A stretch of DNA of 63,910 bases, filler included, from Licmophora abbreviata (GCA_900291995.1; 10 parts of 10 records of this genome joined end to end with filler, not necessarily neighbours in it), one strand, 5' to 3'. Counted from the whole stretch's first letter, positions 1 to 11,063 are shown. Numbers and translations: made by a program. Notes: a model not told the origin generated them from the letters alone.

Positions 1-140
1 TCACAGTGTCAACCCATCACAGCGCGCCATCAACATCACACTTCTTCTGTTGCTCTTGGAGAACACCACCAGAACGCACCGCTGTTCTAATTCATCGCAA
101 GGCAACAGGTTCACTACTGCGGTACGATCACCGTAGCACC

Positions 141-955
141 ATGTTTCTTTCCGACTTACTGGAGCCATACTTGAGACTTTCTGGAGGAAGGAATTGTCAG
201 TGTTTCAGTCAGCATGCCGTGATGTCTGATGATGTCACTTCGGCGTTCGATGATGATAATTTCGGGGAAACTGATCCAATTGACTCATTTGATGTCCGAC
301 TTAGCGCTGCTGATGTGTATCATGCGTATTGGGTTACTGCCCTTGCCCTTGTCGTCACCATTCTTGTGACATGCATCTTCTGTGACCCGCAATCTCGCTT
401 TTACCAACAAGGATTGGAAGACTGGATCAACGACGATGATCCTACGACGACGACGAGCAATGCGACCACAAGCGACAGGAAGAAGAAGGCTACACGAAAC
501 CCACCGGAGGCAATTACAGCGTCCCTACATTCGTGGAAGATTTCTAGCGAAGAGGTCGATCGAATGCCGCCTGACGACTGCTCATGCCCGATCTGCCTCA
601 TGGATTTCGGTATGTGTGTTGGAACGTCAGCAGGAAATAAGTTGTTTCTCTACCGGTTCTTTCGTTCGCGTTACTAACGGTTTGATTTCGTCGCCACTCG
701 TCTTTCTCCGCAGAACCGGGGAATACACTTTCACATAGCAAAAATGCCTGTCGACACCGCTTCCATGAAACATGTCTACGAGAATGGATGCACACACACT
801 CTTCCTGCCCTTGCTGTCGACAAGACCTGATACTACCGTCAAGCCCCTCGCAACAACGCGTCGATCCAACTAACGACAACAACTTGAATCTTTTGACGCC
901 ATGGCCACGAAATGTGCCACCGAACGACCCCACCTTTTGTCTGTTCATCTTCTAA
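141..955 (+). CDS. Transmembrane RING-H2 E3 ubiquitin ligase (ATL-like), 2 exons (141-609, 714-955)
   Basis: TM segment (YWVTALALVVTILVTCIFC), then CPICLMDF. GTATGT..CTAAC..CAG intron 610-713. Spliced continuation reads CRHRFHETCLREWMHTHSSCPCCR and ends at TAA 953-955. Confidence 0.85.
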
Positions 956-1333
956 AAAGAGAGACTCATTGTACTAGGAGTACGCGTTGAGACGCACTTG
1001 GGTTTCGCTGGCGCTTGGGAATTCGTACTAGAGATAGTGGCGTGTGCTTGAGAGACTGCCTTATTCCTCAATCCGAGCAACAATAACGATGAGACGCCCA
1101 CAGGTCCATCACAGTAATGTTTGTAGCAACGCAACTCAGTCGACTGAGTCTAGGAGTCGAGTCGACTTTTTTCGGCCTGACCCGCGCGGAATACAAATAA
1201 AATTAGCTTTGTCCACGCAAGCGTAAAAGACATTTCGAATTGAAATTCGAGATGGCGCGATGACGACGACGAGATCGGGAGACAGCAATGCAAAAGAAAA
1301 GATGGCGCAACGCACTAAAGACGTCCATCAAGA

Positions 1334-3856
1334 ATGATGTTATCAACTTTGGCCGTCGACGGTGGCCTCCAGTCTCTTTTGGCATCCGACGTCGCAAAGA
1401 AGGATGAGAGAAAGACCGCAGACGACTCAGGAAGCGACGAGGCTCACCCAGAGTCTTCCAAAACTGAGAATCGCCCCAAAGTACTATGCCTGGGCATTTC
1501 GTACCCCGACATTCGGACGCACATGGAAAACGAGGACTACTCGGAGGAACTTATGGACCGTCTATTGGTTCCGGGGCGGTCTTCATCCACTGAACTAGTG
1601 GTAGAGTGTGTCCGGCGAAACATTTTGACCGAAATGGATGGGCGGGACCTGAGCCGGATTTGGGCTATGGAGAACGAGTTTAATGTGCGAGCTTACACTG
1701 TTTCCCAAGAAGCCGCCGCCTCCTATCATCCTCAACAGCACGTTCACGCCAATTTTAACCGAACTTCATCCTTCATTCGATCGCTACAAAAGAACTTTGG
1801 AGAATCTGTTCGATTTCAGCAAATAATACTCGACTACTTCTGGATTCCGAAAGGTAGCTGGACCATGAGTCACTGGGCGCGAAGTTTCTTTCGCTCCACG
1901 CTGCCGCAGCTGGCGGCGTTTCTGGAGTATCCTGATGAAAATGACACAACGAGTTATCACAGTAGCAAGGCTGGACGTGGGGTTGTCTATCTGCCGTTCT
2001 GTCTTCACTGCATGAAGGAACTGATTGCGTCGCTAGACGTCGTGAAGAAATATTACAAGATTTCGTTTGTCTATCAGTGGGAACTTTCGGAACACCTCCT
2101 GTGGTCAGGGACGCAGACGATTGATGCCGACACAATGCAGCAATGGCTCGGCAAGCAGCGTGCCCAAGAAGAAATCTATTGCACGTTTTCACCTCGTGAC
2201 GTCCGCGAAGCTATGGAGCATGCCAACGTGACCAAGGGAGAGGTGATTCAAGTCTTGAGAGGAATCGAGAATTTCCAAGAGGCGCGGATGATTCGATTGC
2301 AGCCGTTAAGTCACCACAATCCTGCTCTAAAAGAGAAGTCGGTTACTGCGGCACCGGTAATAGACGAGCCGAAAGTGGGGCAGATACCCCCTCGCAGAAA
2401 ACCAAGACGACGGAAAGCGAAACATCAAGAGAAGACACGAAACGCGAACTGTAAGACAGCCACCCCTGCTAGCCAGCACGTAGAAGTTGGCGGGTTTGTT
2501 TCTCTGTTACCTCCACAGAGTGTAATTCATGGGTACGACAGCTTGCTTTCCAAGCCCACTTATGCCGACTCTGTTGAGTCTACAGCTGAAGAGTCGTTAT
2601 CGAGTTCGTCCTCGGAGTGCGACGACAGCAAGAGTGATATGGCAGAGGTGGACATCGCTGGTGATGCACTCAACTCGTCTAAACGGAGGAGGCTGTTCGG
2701 TCCGGTTCCAGATCTAGAAACTTACAGCAAGCTTGGCATGAAGGGTCATGCGAAAACTACATCTGAGCACCAAGTCGACGAAAACGATCATACGCTTGGA
2801 GCCGACAAATCGCATGCTATTTCGTCGCATCCAGTCGGTCGTTTCGTCGATCAACTGGATTGCCACGAGCTCACACAAGGCGCTGGCTCAAACGATGACG
2901 CAGATGAGTTACCAGTAGAAGAAATTGGGTTTGACGAAGTGGCTCTCAGCTCGTCGCCTCAAGAATCCGTACCTTCCATTTCACCACGAGCGTCCGTGTC
3001 GTCGATCCAAAGTGCTCCTTCTGAAAACGTTGAACAAAACAGCAAGCCCAATGTGCTCAGCGAAAAGATGCTTGATAGCACCCAATCATCCACAGTTGAG
3101 TCTGGTACACAAACGCATGTGCCAAAGAGATGTCAATCACACCATGCTAGTTCCCTTGAGACATGCACGGTACCCCTGTCGAAGAAGCGGCAGGTAAATA
3201 CTCTGCTAGACTTTCAGCTTTCGACTGCTCCGCTGCTGAATTTGGTACTCCGACACATTTCACTTTGCGAAGTCAACGAGACTGATCGCATCGGGATCTA
3301 CAGCTCGCGTGCCATCGGCTCCCCCGGCTTCGCCTGCTTATTTTGCGGTGGCAGGCCTGGCGATGGCAGATACTTTCCTCCCGCAGGTGCCTGTCACATT
3401 TTGGATATGGAAATGTTGGATAAATTCTGCGACCATTTCGCATATGGCTGCTCCCACAGTACTATGGAATTGCGAAAGTTGATTCGCTGGAAAACTGTTC
3501 AGAATCCCAAGCTGCCCCCCGATTTAGTGAGGAAGCACGAACACATTTTGAAGGAATTCTTCCAGATGCTGAGGCTTCTTCAAAAGAAATGGAAAGCTTC
3601 ACTCTGCCTTCATCAAGCTTCTCCACATGGCAAGAGAGGCGACGCAGAGGATCTAGCGCTGGTTCGGAACACAGCTGTGACAAATATCGAGGATCGCTCA
3701 CCGAGAATGTGCTCATTGATCGGACTCGGCGCCAATGGTCTGACCTCGCCTCAACCGACTGGTTCGTCACGGCGTGGAGCAAACTCCGGCCGCAAGCGTC
3801 AACGTGACGATCTCCCCTTGCTTTCCTCTCTGGCGGTGAATATGAATGTATCATAG
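1334..3856 (+). CDS. Uncharacterised 840-aa protein: N-terminal alpha/beta domain, Ser/acidic disordered linker with basic NLS-like patch, C-terminal Cys/His motif (GFACLFCGG..GRYFP..H..C)
   Basis: Uninterrupted long ORF; RRKPRRRKAK basic stretch; CxxC motif resembling a diatom-expanded family (from recall). Confidence 0.75.
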   Translation: MMLSTLAVDGGLQSLLASDVAKKDERKTADDSGSDEAHPESSKTENRPKVLCLGISYPDIRTHMENEDYSEELMDRLLVPGRSSSTELVVECVRRNILTEMDGRDLSRIWAMENEFNVRAYTVSQEAAASYHPQQHVHANFNRTSSFIRSLQKNFGESVRFQQIILDYFWIPKGSWTMSHWARSFFRSTLPQLAAFLEYPDENDTTSYHSSKAGRGVVYLPFCLHCMKELIASLDVVKKYYKISFVYQWELSEHLLWSGTQTIDADTMQQWLGKQRAQEEIYCTFSPRDVREAMEHANVTKGEVIQVLRGIENFQEARMIRLQPLSHHNPALKEKSVTAAPVIDEPKVGQIPPRRKPRRRKAKHQEKTRNANCKTATPASQHVEVGGFVSLLPPQSVIHGYDSLLSKPTYADSVESTAEESLSSSSSECDDSKSDMAEVDIAGDALNSSKRRRLFGPVPDLETYSKLGMKGHAKTTSEHQVDENDHTLGADKSHAISSHPVGRFVDQLDCHELTQGAGSNDDADELPVEEIGFDEVALSSSPQESVPSISPRASVSSIQSAPSENVEQNSKPNVLSEKMLDSTQSSTVESGTQTHVPKRCQSHHASSLETCTVPLSKKRQVNTLLDFQLSTAPLLNLVLRHISLCEVNETDRIGIYSSRAIGSPGFACLFCGGRPGDGRYFPPAGACHILDMEMLDKFCDHFAYGCSHSTMELRKLIRWKTVQNPKLPPDLVRKHEHILKEFFQMLRLLQKKWKASLCLHQASPHGKRGDAEDLALVRNTAVTNIEDRSPRMCSLIGLGANGLTSPQPTGSSRRGANSGRKRQRDDLPLLSSLAVNMNVS

Positions 3857-3977
3857 GACGAAGAGAGAAACGTCCCCGAACGACCAGCGTCCAATTTTTG
3901 GAAGGGTCGTAGCCTAAAGTGGTAATTGAAAGGTTTCGAACAGCACCCCGTTGTACACTACATCAATATTCTAAATT

Positions 3978-6041
3978 TTACGACATCCAGCCTTTGAACT
4001 TTTTCCCCATGCGATCCATAGATTTTTTCAGCTTCTGTGACGGCGGCGTTCCCGGAATCGGGGGAGTATCTGAAGAAGTGGCCTCCTTTGTTGGTGTCGT
4101 CAACATGCATTTTGACAAGTCCGGCACGACACCAGGCTTGTCGTCGGTGGTATGTGTTGCGCCTTGAAACAACGATGAAGGCTTCGGTTGACTGAAGTCT
4201 TTCGATGTGTATCCGGCAGTCTTCTGATTTTTATTCAGAAACGGCATTAGCATGGACCGTGAGCCAGGAGTCGCGGCTCTCTCCGACACACCGCCTTCAT
4301 GAGCTTGCGACAGCTCGCCAGCCGCCTTCGCCTCTTCTTTCCGCTCATTCCTACCAGCCTGATTCAAATGCAGAAAGGACTTCAGCATGGAGCGTTTCGC
4401 TGTGGAAGACTCGTCCTTTTCACCGTCAGACGTACCGGAAATACCGGTATTTGTATAGCCCTGAAATCCAATATCGTTTTCTGCCTCGTGCTGTTGATCG
4501 GTAGCTTTGATGGCCTTGCTGAGAAAATCCTTCTGTTTCCGACTCAGTGGCTCATTTCGAAAGGTCATGGCTAGCCTTTCGTCTTCGATGTGTGTCGCAT
4601 CCCAAATCTGGTCGAGCGTCCAGGTGAACACGGACTCGCCGTTGACTTTCAATAGACGCGCACCTAGAGGCGGCCGCACGTTGGTATTGCGGTCAAACCC
4701 ATGGTGACCACATACAAGAAATGAATGTGACTCAACTTCACCCTGTCCGTGCGCGAAGCCACTCTGGAGATGATTCTTTCCTAGGAAGGTATCAATGAGA
4801 TTCGTTTCTTTCTGTGGTGCATCAGTAGTCGTCTCCGTCGATGTAGACGCCGCTCGATTGCGCCCATCAATTGGACTTTCCGGCTGTAGTTGATAATTCA
4901 ACAGCCCCTTCTTGCGCTTCTCCACGACCATTCTCTGAAATTGCAGTCCAATTCTGGTTCCCGGTGGAAACGTCAGCTGGTAGTCGTTGTGATCATGGGG
5001 CGATACCAATACTTCGTCACTTGCGGTTCGGTACCGTACTGTCGCAACACCATCGTCCGTTATATAGGATTGCAATGTCGATACTGATGACACGGAAGAA
5101 TGATCATATGAGTCATGCTCGTCGCAATCATCTGGAAGCTGCTCCATTGGATCCAATCCCGCCATGTCGAGATCTGAAAAGACTGTATCCCGCGACGAGC
5201 ACCGACTTCGGTTCCCGGCAAGATCAAAGTCACTCGGTTCGCTGTGAAAGTCACGCTTCAGCGAGTGCTCCAGCCGCAGCAAACGCTCATGCGCCCGTAA
5301 TTGATTCGCGATACTCTGCTCCTCCACACACAACTCTTCTTCCTTCTTGACTTGATTCATGTACTGCTTCACGTGCTTGGCCATGGTCGTTCGTTCGTTC
5401 TGCGTTCGTTGAAGTTTGTGCTCCAGTTTTTGCGTCTTGCGGTGTAATTTTGATACGGCCTTTTCCAGCAGGCGGATGCGGTCATTCTTCTCTTCCAGCT
5501 GCTCTTGATAGGAATGCCACTCACGCACCTGCTGTTGGGCGTCTTCGTCGAGAGACACGAGCCGCGACTGCAGTCGATGAATGTGATGGGATAGGTGGGG
5601 AATACGAGAATCCTGGAGGATGGACAGTGAAAGCTTATCCAGCTGTGACTGGAGAGCGAGTGCATTGCTGCCTGAATGTTGGCAGTCTGATTGAGATGAG
5701 GTACTGGTAGGCATCATCGTGGCCGTGTAGTCATAGGTATCCAGCGATGCCAGCCTGGACAAGACATCCACAGCTTCCAGCAGAGCTTGAACGCCATCAT
5801 CGTCCGAATGCGAACTCTTCTCCTCAGATATTGGAGCTGAATGAAAACAGGATTCAATCCCGTCGTTCCTCGCCAGATCGTGTTCCGAGACACCCGATGC
5901 GTCCAAAGGCTCTGCGGATGACGCCGGTGATGGCAATGACGGATGATGGACTGAAGACTTCCCCGAACTTGTGAGTTCGGAAGAAGACTCCTCCGTAGAC
6001 AGAGCTCCGATTTCCGCCGTCCCTGCTGCGCAGCTTGTCAT
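3978..6041 (-). CDS. Uncharacterised coiled-coil protein with a possible PDZ-like region
   Basis: 687-aa ORF; heptad-rich QEQLEEKNDRIRLLEKAVSKL segment; RIGLQF...GARLLKVNGESV resembles a split PDZ fold. Confidence 0.7.
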   Translation of the reverse strand: MTSCAAGTAEIGALSTEESSSELTSSGKSSVHHPSLPSPASSAEPLDASGVSEHDLARNDGIESCFHSAPISEEKSSHSDDDGVQALLEAVDVLSRLASLDTYDYTATMMPTSTSSQSDCQHSGSNALALQSQLDKLSLSILQDSRIPHLSHHIHRLQSRLVSLDEDAQQQVREWHSYQEQLEEKNDRIRLLEKAVSKLHRKTQKLEHKLQRTQNERTTMAKHVKQYMNQVKKEEELCVEEQSIANQLRAHERLLRLEHSLKRDFHSEPSDFDLAGNRSRCSSRDTVFSDLDMAGLDPMEQLPDDCDEHDSYDHSSVSSVSTLQSYITDDGVATVRYRTASDEVLVSPHDHNDYQLTFPPGTRIGLQFQRMVVEKRKKGLLNYQLQPESPIDGRNRAASTSTETTTDAPQKETNLIDTFLGKNHLQSGFAHGQGEVESHSFLVCGHHGFDRNTNVRPPLGARLLKVNGESVFTWTLDQIWDATHIEDERLAMTFRNEPLSRKQKDFLSKAIKATDQQHEAENDIGFQGYTNTGISGTSDGEKDESSTAKRSMLKSFLHLNQAGRNERKEEAKAAGELSQAHEGGVSERAATPGSRSMLMPFLNKNQKTAGYTSKDFSQPKPSSLFQGATHTTDDKPGVVPDLSKCMLTTPTKEATSSDTPPIPGTPPSQKLKKSMDRMGKKFKGWMS

Positions 6042-6321
6042 TCTGAACCCCGGCTAGTCAGAAATCTCCAGAGTGCTGTGAATAGTCAGTAAATCGGAAT
6101 GCCGCATGTACCATCGTGACGAAAGATCGAATTGTGGCCCGTTTTGGATCACATGAAAGTCTTAGTGTTGGGATCGACTGAGTCGATTGAATCAAAAATC
6201 GGATGATTGACTCATTCGACTCGAGCTCTGCGCGCATCTGCTGGCAAAAGAGCGCGCAGCAGCATTGTTCGATTTCTTGTTGTTGAGCGATTTGATTTAG
6301 CGCACAAGACCTCGCCGCACC

Positions 6322-7214
6322 ATGACGGCCGCGGCTCTTTCGTGGGGCTGTGCCTTGCTGGCGTTTGCTCCATTCCTTTCGTTGCTCTTCGTTGTGTGTT
6401 ATCACAAGGCCCAGCTTGTCATCGTCGTGACGACGTCCGCATTTGCCTTTTTGCTGAGTTCGCTGGGAGCATCTCTGATTTGGTTCTTGTTCGACTTGGT
6501 CGGCTTGGGCGACCACGCCCTTCTCATTCTCCTTCCAGGAATTCTCGCTCAGTTCGTTGGAAGATGCGCGTTTACCAGAATCTATCACACGGTCGAGAAA
6601 GTCATCGAAATCAGCATTCAGCGTCACGAACAACACACGGACGAATTTCAAGAAACCATGAAGCTGCGACTCGAATTGAACGACTGGGCCTGCGGACTGG
6701 CGGCAGGCACGGCTTTGGTGGTATGCATGCCGTCTTACTCTATGGAACTCTCTTGGCGAGCGAATCCAACAATTTAGGAGTCTTGTATCAACCGAGCTGT
6801 CCCGGAATGCCCAGTCTGGTGGTCAGTGCCTTGAACACCTTCCTCTTTAGCATTCTCGACGTCGTCTGGATGCTACTGACATTCTATGGCCTTCGACAAC
6901 GTGAACTGAACTTACCAGAAGATTCTTCCACCTACCATCATCGACGGTGGGGTGCACTCTTGCAAAGATCCAAAAAGGGTGGAACAACTGCCTTGAAGGT
7001 GGTCTTACTCTCACACGCCGCCGCTTCCTTCACGACGACTGCCAACGGTTGGGACAGTGGCTGTGTCGTGTCACTGCCCGTGTTGACATGTATTACAATC
7101 GGGACGGTCGCTGCCTTTTGGGGAGGTGTGTCCAAAGTCTATCTTCCCATCAATCAGCGAGAACGCAGTGCGGCAGGGGAGAACCGCGAGACGCATGCAT
7201 TTCATGGTGAGTGA
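6322..7214 (+). CDS. APH1: Gamma-secretase subunit APH-1 (frameshift at ~6711, probably a missing G)
   Basis: N-terminus MTAAALSWGCALLAFAPFLSLL matches APH-1. Adding one G restores AAGTGFGGMHAV (GxxxG) and joins the second frame (LYQPSCP...SALNTFLFSILDVVWM...SHAAAS). Confidence 0.8.
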
Positions 7215-7791
7215 AAGCGTTGTCTGGATGCAATTTGCAAGCAATAAGAGATTATAGTCAGGATGAAGTAGCCCGTGGCAATCATTCGAAGACCTGGTCG
7301 ATCAATACTGCAATTAGACTAGATACCTGCTAGTTCTTGTGTAGAAAGTCGGACGTTTACGGCGTAGTTTGCGTCACATATAGTCCAGCTTCGCCAGTGT
7401 ACTCCTTGTACTCCTGAATTGTGAACTTTAGGTGAGGCATGTATTGTAGCAGTGTGTCTCTCATTAGTTTGACTGCTATCAACTAGTTTCCCTGAAACGA
7501 CAAAGAACGTCTCACACGTTGACACGATCCTTCTGCGGTCGCCAACCACGTCGACTAAATGTGTACCGGTATGTAGCAATGGGTGGCATCACCCTCGGGA
7601 AGTCGAAAGAACTCTCCAAACTGTCACTTCCACGAATCAATTTTTGGATCCTTCCGTAGAACCAGTAAAAGGCTCTACGTGCTGACGTATTCGTATCAAA
7701 ACGTGCTGCCATCAAGTCAATTTTGTTCGAAACGAAACCTTTTGTTGACACACACGTGATATGCTCACAAAGTGTAAGAGTTGGGTCAAGC

Positions 7792-9225
7792 ATGACACTA
7801 TTGACACCATTTCTTCAACGCAAACAAGCTAGCACTATGCCTTTTCCCGTTACAAAGCCTACGATTCGACGAAAATGTCTTGGAACCGCCTCTGCAGCCC
7901 TCGGGGTGGCCTTTTTGATGGCAGCAGGCCATAATCGTGGAGTGCTGGGCTTCTCTAGCAGACCTTTGCCAACATTCACGCATACCGTGCCCAAGACCAA
8001 GGCCAATCCTACGTCGTCCGTCTTCCGACCAGCCCTTCCTCGCACTCGACTTTGGGAGCAGCCCGATCAGCTCATCGACGTGGAGGTAGTGAGCGACGCC
8101 ACCGATGGTGCAATGGCCAATCCCACCATGTCAAAGAAGAAATCTACCGACCCGACTCCAGCCCTGGCTAAATACTTCAAGGACCAGAAGCATGCAGCTT
8201 CGGTCGCGGCCATTGCCGCCCTGGCGATGTCCCTCGTTTTGACTCCGCTTCCATCCTTTGCTGCCATGTCAGGCGGACGCATGGGTGGCTCCTTTTCGTC
8301 TCCATCCCGATCAATGTCGGTACCGAGCTCCCGAGGCTATAGCTCTGGGTATTCACGGGGATTCAGTTCTGGATATGGATCCGGATACTACTCGAGGGGT
8401 CCTAGTGTCTTTGTCTCTCCATATGTGAGTCCTTTCCCGTCCTTCAATCCATTCTACTCTCCTGGATACTATGGTGGAGGAGGCGTTATTGGCTACCGGG
8501 GTCCTGGTCTTTTGACGTTCTTGATGTTTGGTGGCCTCATGCTGGCTGCGACATCCGCCGTGAGCAGCGGTGGACGTGGCCTGACAACTTCGTGGAGCGA
8601 TTCAGATGTCTTTAGCGACGTCGCCGGAACCACAGCACTGGGGAGCGGAAACTCAGTCGTGCAAGTCAGTGTGGCATTGGAAGTTCCCAACCGCGACGAC
8701 CGCAATTCTATCTTGGGAGTGCTCGATCGATTGTCACGTACAGCTCGTACTGACAGCCGTGTGGGCATTCAGAACTTAACGAGTCAAGTGGCGCTGGAAC
8801 TGTTGCGTCGCAAGTCGTCGATTGTTTCTGCGTCGACCAACTACAAGCATTATCGCGATCGGACCAAGGCATTGCGTGATTTCAACGATCGATCTATCAA
8901 GGAGCGTGGAAAGTTCGAGCGGGAAACTGTGAGCAAATATGGCGGCGTCGATTATGGTCAAGGTGGGGATAGCTCACGAGGGGTAGATGGAAAGGCCACT
9001 ATGGTTGTAGTGACACTGCTCTTGACGATCGATGGAGACAGCACCAGCGTTCCGACTATTCGCTCGGCCAACGATGTTGAAGAGGCGCTACGAAAAATTG
9101 CTGCAGATGCCAAAGTTGACGACTGCCTCCAAGGCGCTGAGATTCTGTGGACGCCCGAGGATCGATCCGAGACATTGTCGCCCCGAGATGTTGTTGCCGA
9201 CTACCCTGAACTTCGATCTATCTAA
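7792..9225 (+). CDS. DUF1517 family protein (FLAP1-like), probably plastid-targeted; exact start uncertain (7792, 7837 or 7918)
   Basis: AMSGGRMGGSFS Gly/Ser-rich motif, a TM segment, then SVVQVSVAL...LELLRR...ERGKFERET...EILWTPEDRSETLS, the DUF1517 pattern. Confidence 0.85.
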   Translation: MTLLTPFLQRKQASTMPFPVTKPTIRRKCLGTASAALGVAFLMAAGHNRGVLGFSSRPLPTFTHTVPKTKANPTSSVFRPALPRTRLWEQPDQLIDVEVVSDATDGAMANPTMSKKKSTDPTPALAKYFKDQKHAASVAAIAALAMSLVLTPLPSFAAMSGGRMGGSFSSPSRSMSVPSSRGYSSGYSRGFSSGYGSGYYSRGPSVFVSPYVSPFPSFNPFYSPGYYGGGGVIGYRGPGLLTFLMFGGLMLAATSAVSSGGRGLTTSWSDSDVFSDVAGTTALGSGNSVVQVSVALEVPNRDDRNSILGVLDRLSRTARTDSRVGIQNLTSQVALELLRRKSSIVSASTNYKHYRDRTKALRDFNDRSIKERGKFERETVSKYGGVDYGQGGDSSRGVDGKATMVVVTLLLTIDGDSTSVPTIRSANDVEEALRKIAADAKVDDCLQGAEILWTPEDRSETLSPRDVVADYPELRSI

Positions 9226-9739
9226 GCTGCTTCGCGCGACACGCGTATAGACTATCGACCTCAAGGGACCCCAGAATTGTAAACATAGCTTCGTCCTGAT
9301 ACGGCTCTCTACTTTAGATTTCAGTGTGGCATGACCTTGCTTTTAGCTCGTCATATTGAGATCGTTAATGTGTGTTGCGTGCTCCCTCCATACACCCGCC
9401 ATCTAAATCTTGAAATATGCTGCCACGAAAACAGCTGAACCTGTGGTCAGAAGCCACACATGGCACGAAAAGAAAAGACACTGTTCAACGTTAATGAAGT
9501 GCTAGTTCTATCTAAATCTGCACTGAATAGTAGCCACAATCCACCACGCCCATTCCTTCCGATCTGCTTCTTTTTTCGTTCACATTGATGTCTTCAATCC
9601 TTCCTACGCCGAACAAACGTAGTAATGGTCACCAAGCGTTCAGTGAGACGCTCCTCCAATTCGTCAACAATACACACTGATATCTGACGATGCTCCATTC
9701 CAGCCCAGTAACCAATCTCATACCAGTCTTTCACTTTGC

Positions 9740-10406
9740 TCACCTCCCATTACCACCACCGCCACGCCCGGCACGTCCTCCACCACCCCGATCTCGGGAT
9801 CCGCGGTTGCGCGACGACGGGCGGCCTCCGCTCGAGCCATTTCCACTAGTACCACCGTCCTTTGGCGATCCACTGCGACGTCTCGATCGTCCGCCACGAG
9901 ATTTTTGCTCGACATCCAGCATGCGCCCATTCAACGAGAGCTGATCTTTTCGTTCCAGAGCCAAGAGCACCGGAGCCGGCGAGTCGAAATCGACAAATCC
10001 CAGTCCGCGACTCCCTGAGACGTTTGTTCCCATAATCTTCGCCTTTGTTTCTTTCGCAAATGGTTCAAACAGAGTCCGCACATCGCCCTCATTCATGTTG
10101 TCTGTCACGTTCTTGATGACAATCGTGCACTCGGGGTCTCGCTTGGGACGATTCTGCGTCGACTTTGAAGCTTCACTCGCTGCCGGTTTCATCCCCGTTG
10201 AAACATCTTTAGGAGGCGGCACTGCCTTTGTCATTTCCTTGTCGGCTACCTTCGGCGGCGCACGGACAGGAGATTGTGTCTTGGGAGTGTCACCGCCACT
10301 GGCGACCAAGCTAGCCCATGAGTTCGTCGCCGGCTTCTTCGGTATGGCATTCGTGGGGGACGGCGATTTCCTTCGTCCATCCTTCTTCGACTTTGACCTT
10401 CGTCTC
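9740..10406 (-). CDS. 3' part of a G3BP/NTF2-RRM-RGG-like RNA-binding protein (5' end lost in gap)
   Basis: TNSWASLV motif, RRM with TIVIKNV (RNP2) and RGLGFVDF (RNP1), RG/RGG-rich tail. Confidence 0.7.
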
Positions 10407-10506
10407 NNNNNNNNNNNNNNNNNNNNNNNNNNNNNNNNNNNNNNNNNNNNTTAATTAATTAANNNNNNNNNNNNNNNNNNNNNNNNNNNNNNNNNNNNNN
10501 NNNNNN
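10407..10506. other. Assembly gap linker N44-TTAATTAATTAA-N44. Identical linkers at 19557-19656, 27395-27494, 31791-31890, 38829-38928, 41495-41594, 43887-43986, 48220-48319 and 62511-62610
   Basis: Exactly 100 nt each, with a palindromic all-frame stop linker in the middle. Confidence 0.97.
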
Positions 10507-10868
10507 GGCCGATCGTCAGCGGCGTAGGCCCTCCTCCTGGCGGAGGGGTCGGCGGGCCACCACTGGAAGAAGGGGACGTCGTCGCCATGGCGCCGTCTCA
10601 CACCCCCGACACCAACAACGGGCAGCGAGAGCACTGTGGTCTCATCGACGTGGGCAACAACAACACGGCGCGCATCGCACTTTTTGGCCAGCATATGGTT
10701 TACGTACAATTCTACATGACATCAGTACTGACGACCACGAGTGGCTCAGCACCATCCATTCAGTTCTGCGTGGACTTCTACGTAGTTGATCGATTTGGAC
10801 CAATCAGCAGCTCATGGACACTTCTTGAGAACTCTAACGAGCCAGCCACCCCAATTGAGGAAAATTGA
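10507..10868 (+). CDS. Possible 3' fragment of an unknown gene after the gap
   Basis: Open frame from the gap edge to TGA at 10868 (Gly/Pro-rich, then beta-strand-like); no recognised family. Confidence 0.3.
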
Positions 10869-11063
10869 GGAAGAAGACCCGGAGATTTGATAAGTTCCAA
10901 TTGCCCTTCGGTCACGAACGTGTTTGTCGCCCGTGATACAGGTGTGCAAAACCAGACGCAAGGGACATCATTCCGAGTTGTTGTCGCGTTAAACTCATCA
11001 CACAATTTTCTGTTCCGACAACTCTGTCACAACCTTTCAAACTACTTCTCCCGACTCTTCATC

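Noticed and set aside
6058..6710. ORF 6058-6651 (-) and the 5' half of ORF 6207-7214 (+) as separate genes
   Set aside because: They are shadow frames of APH-1. Only the part after ~6712 of the second ORF is coding.
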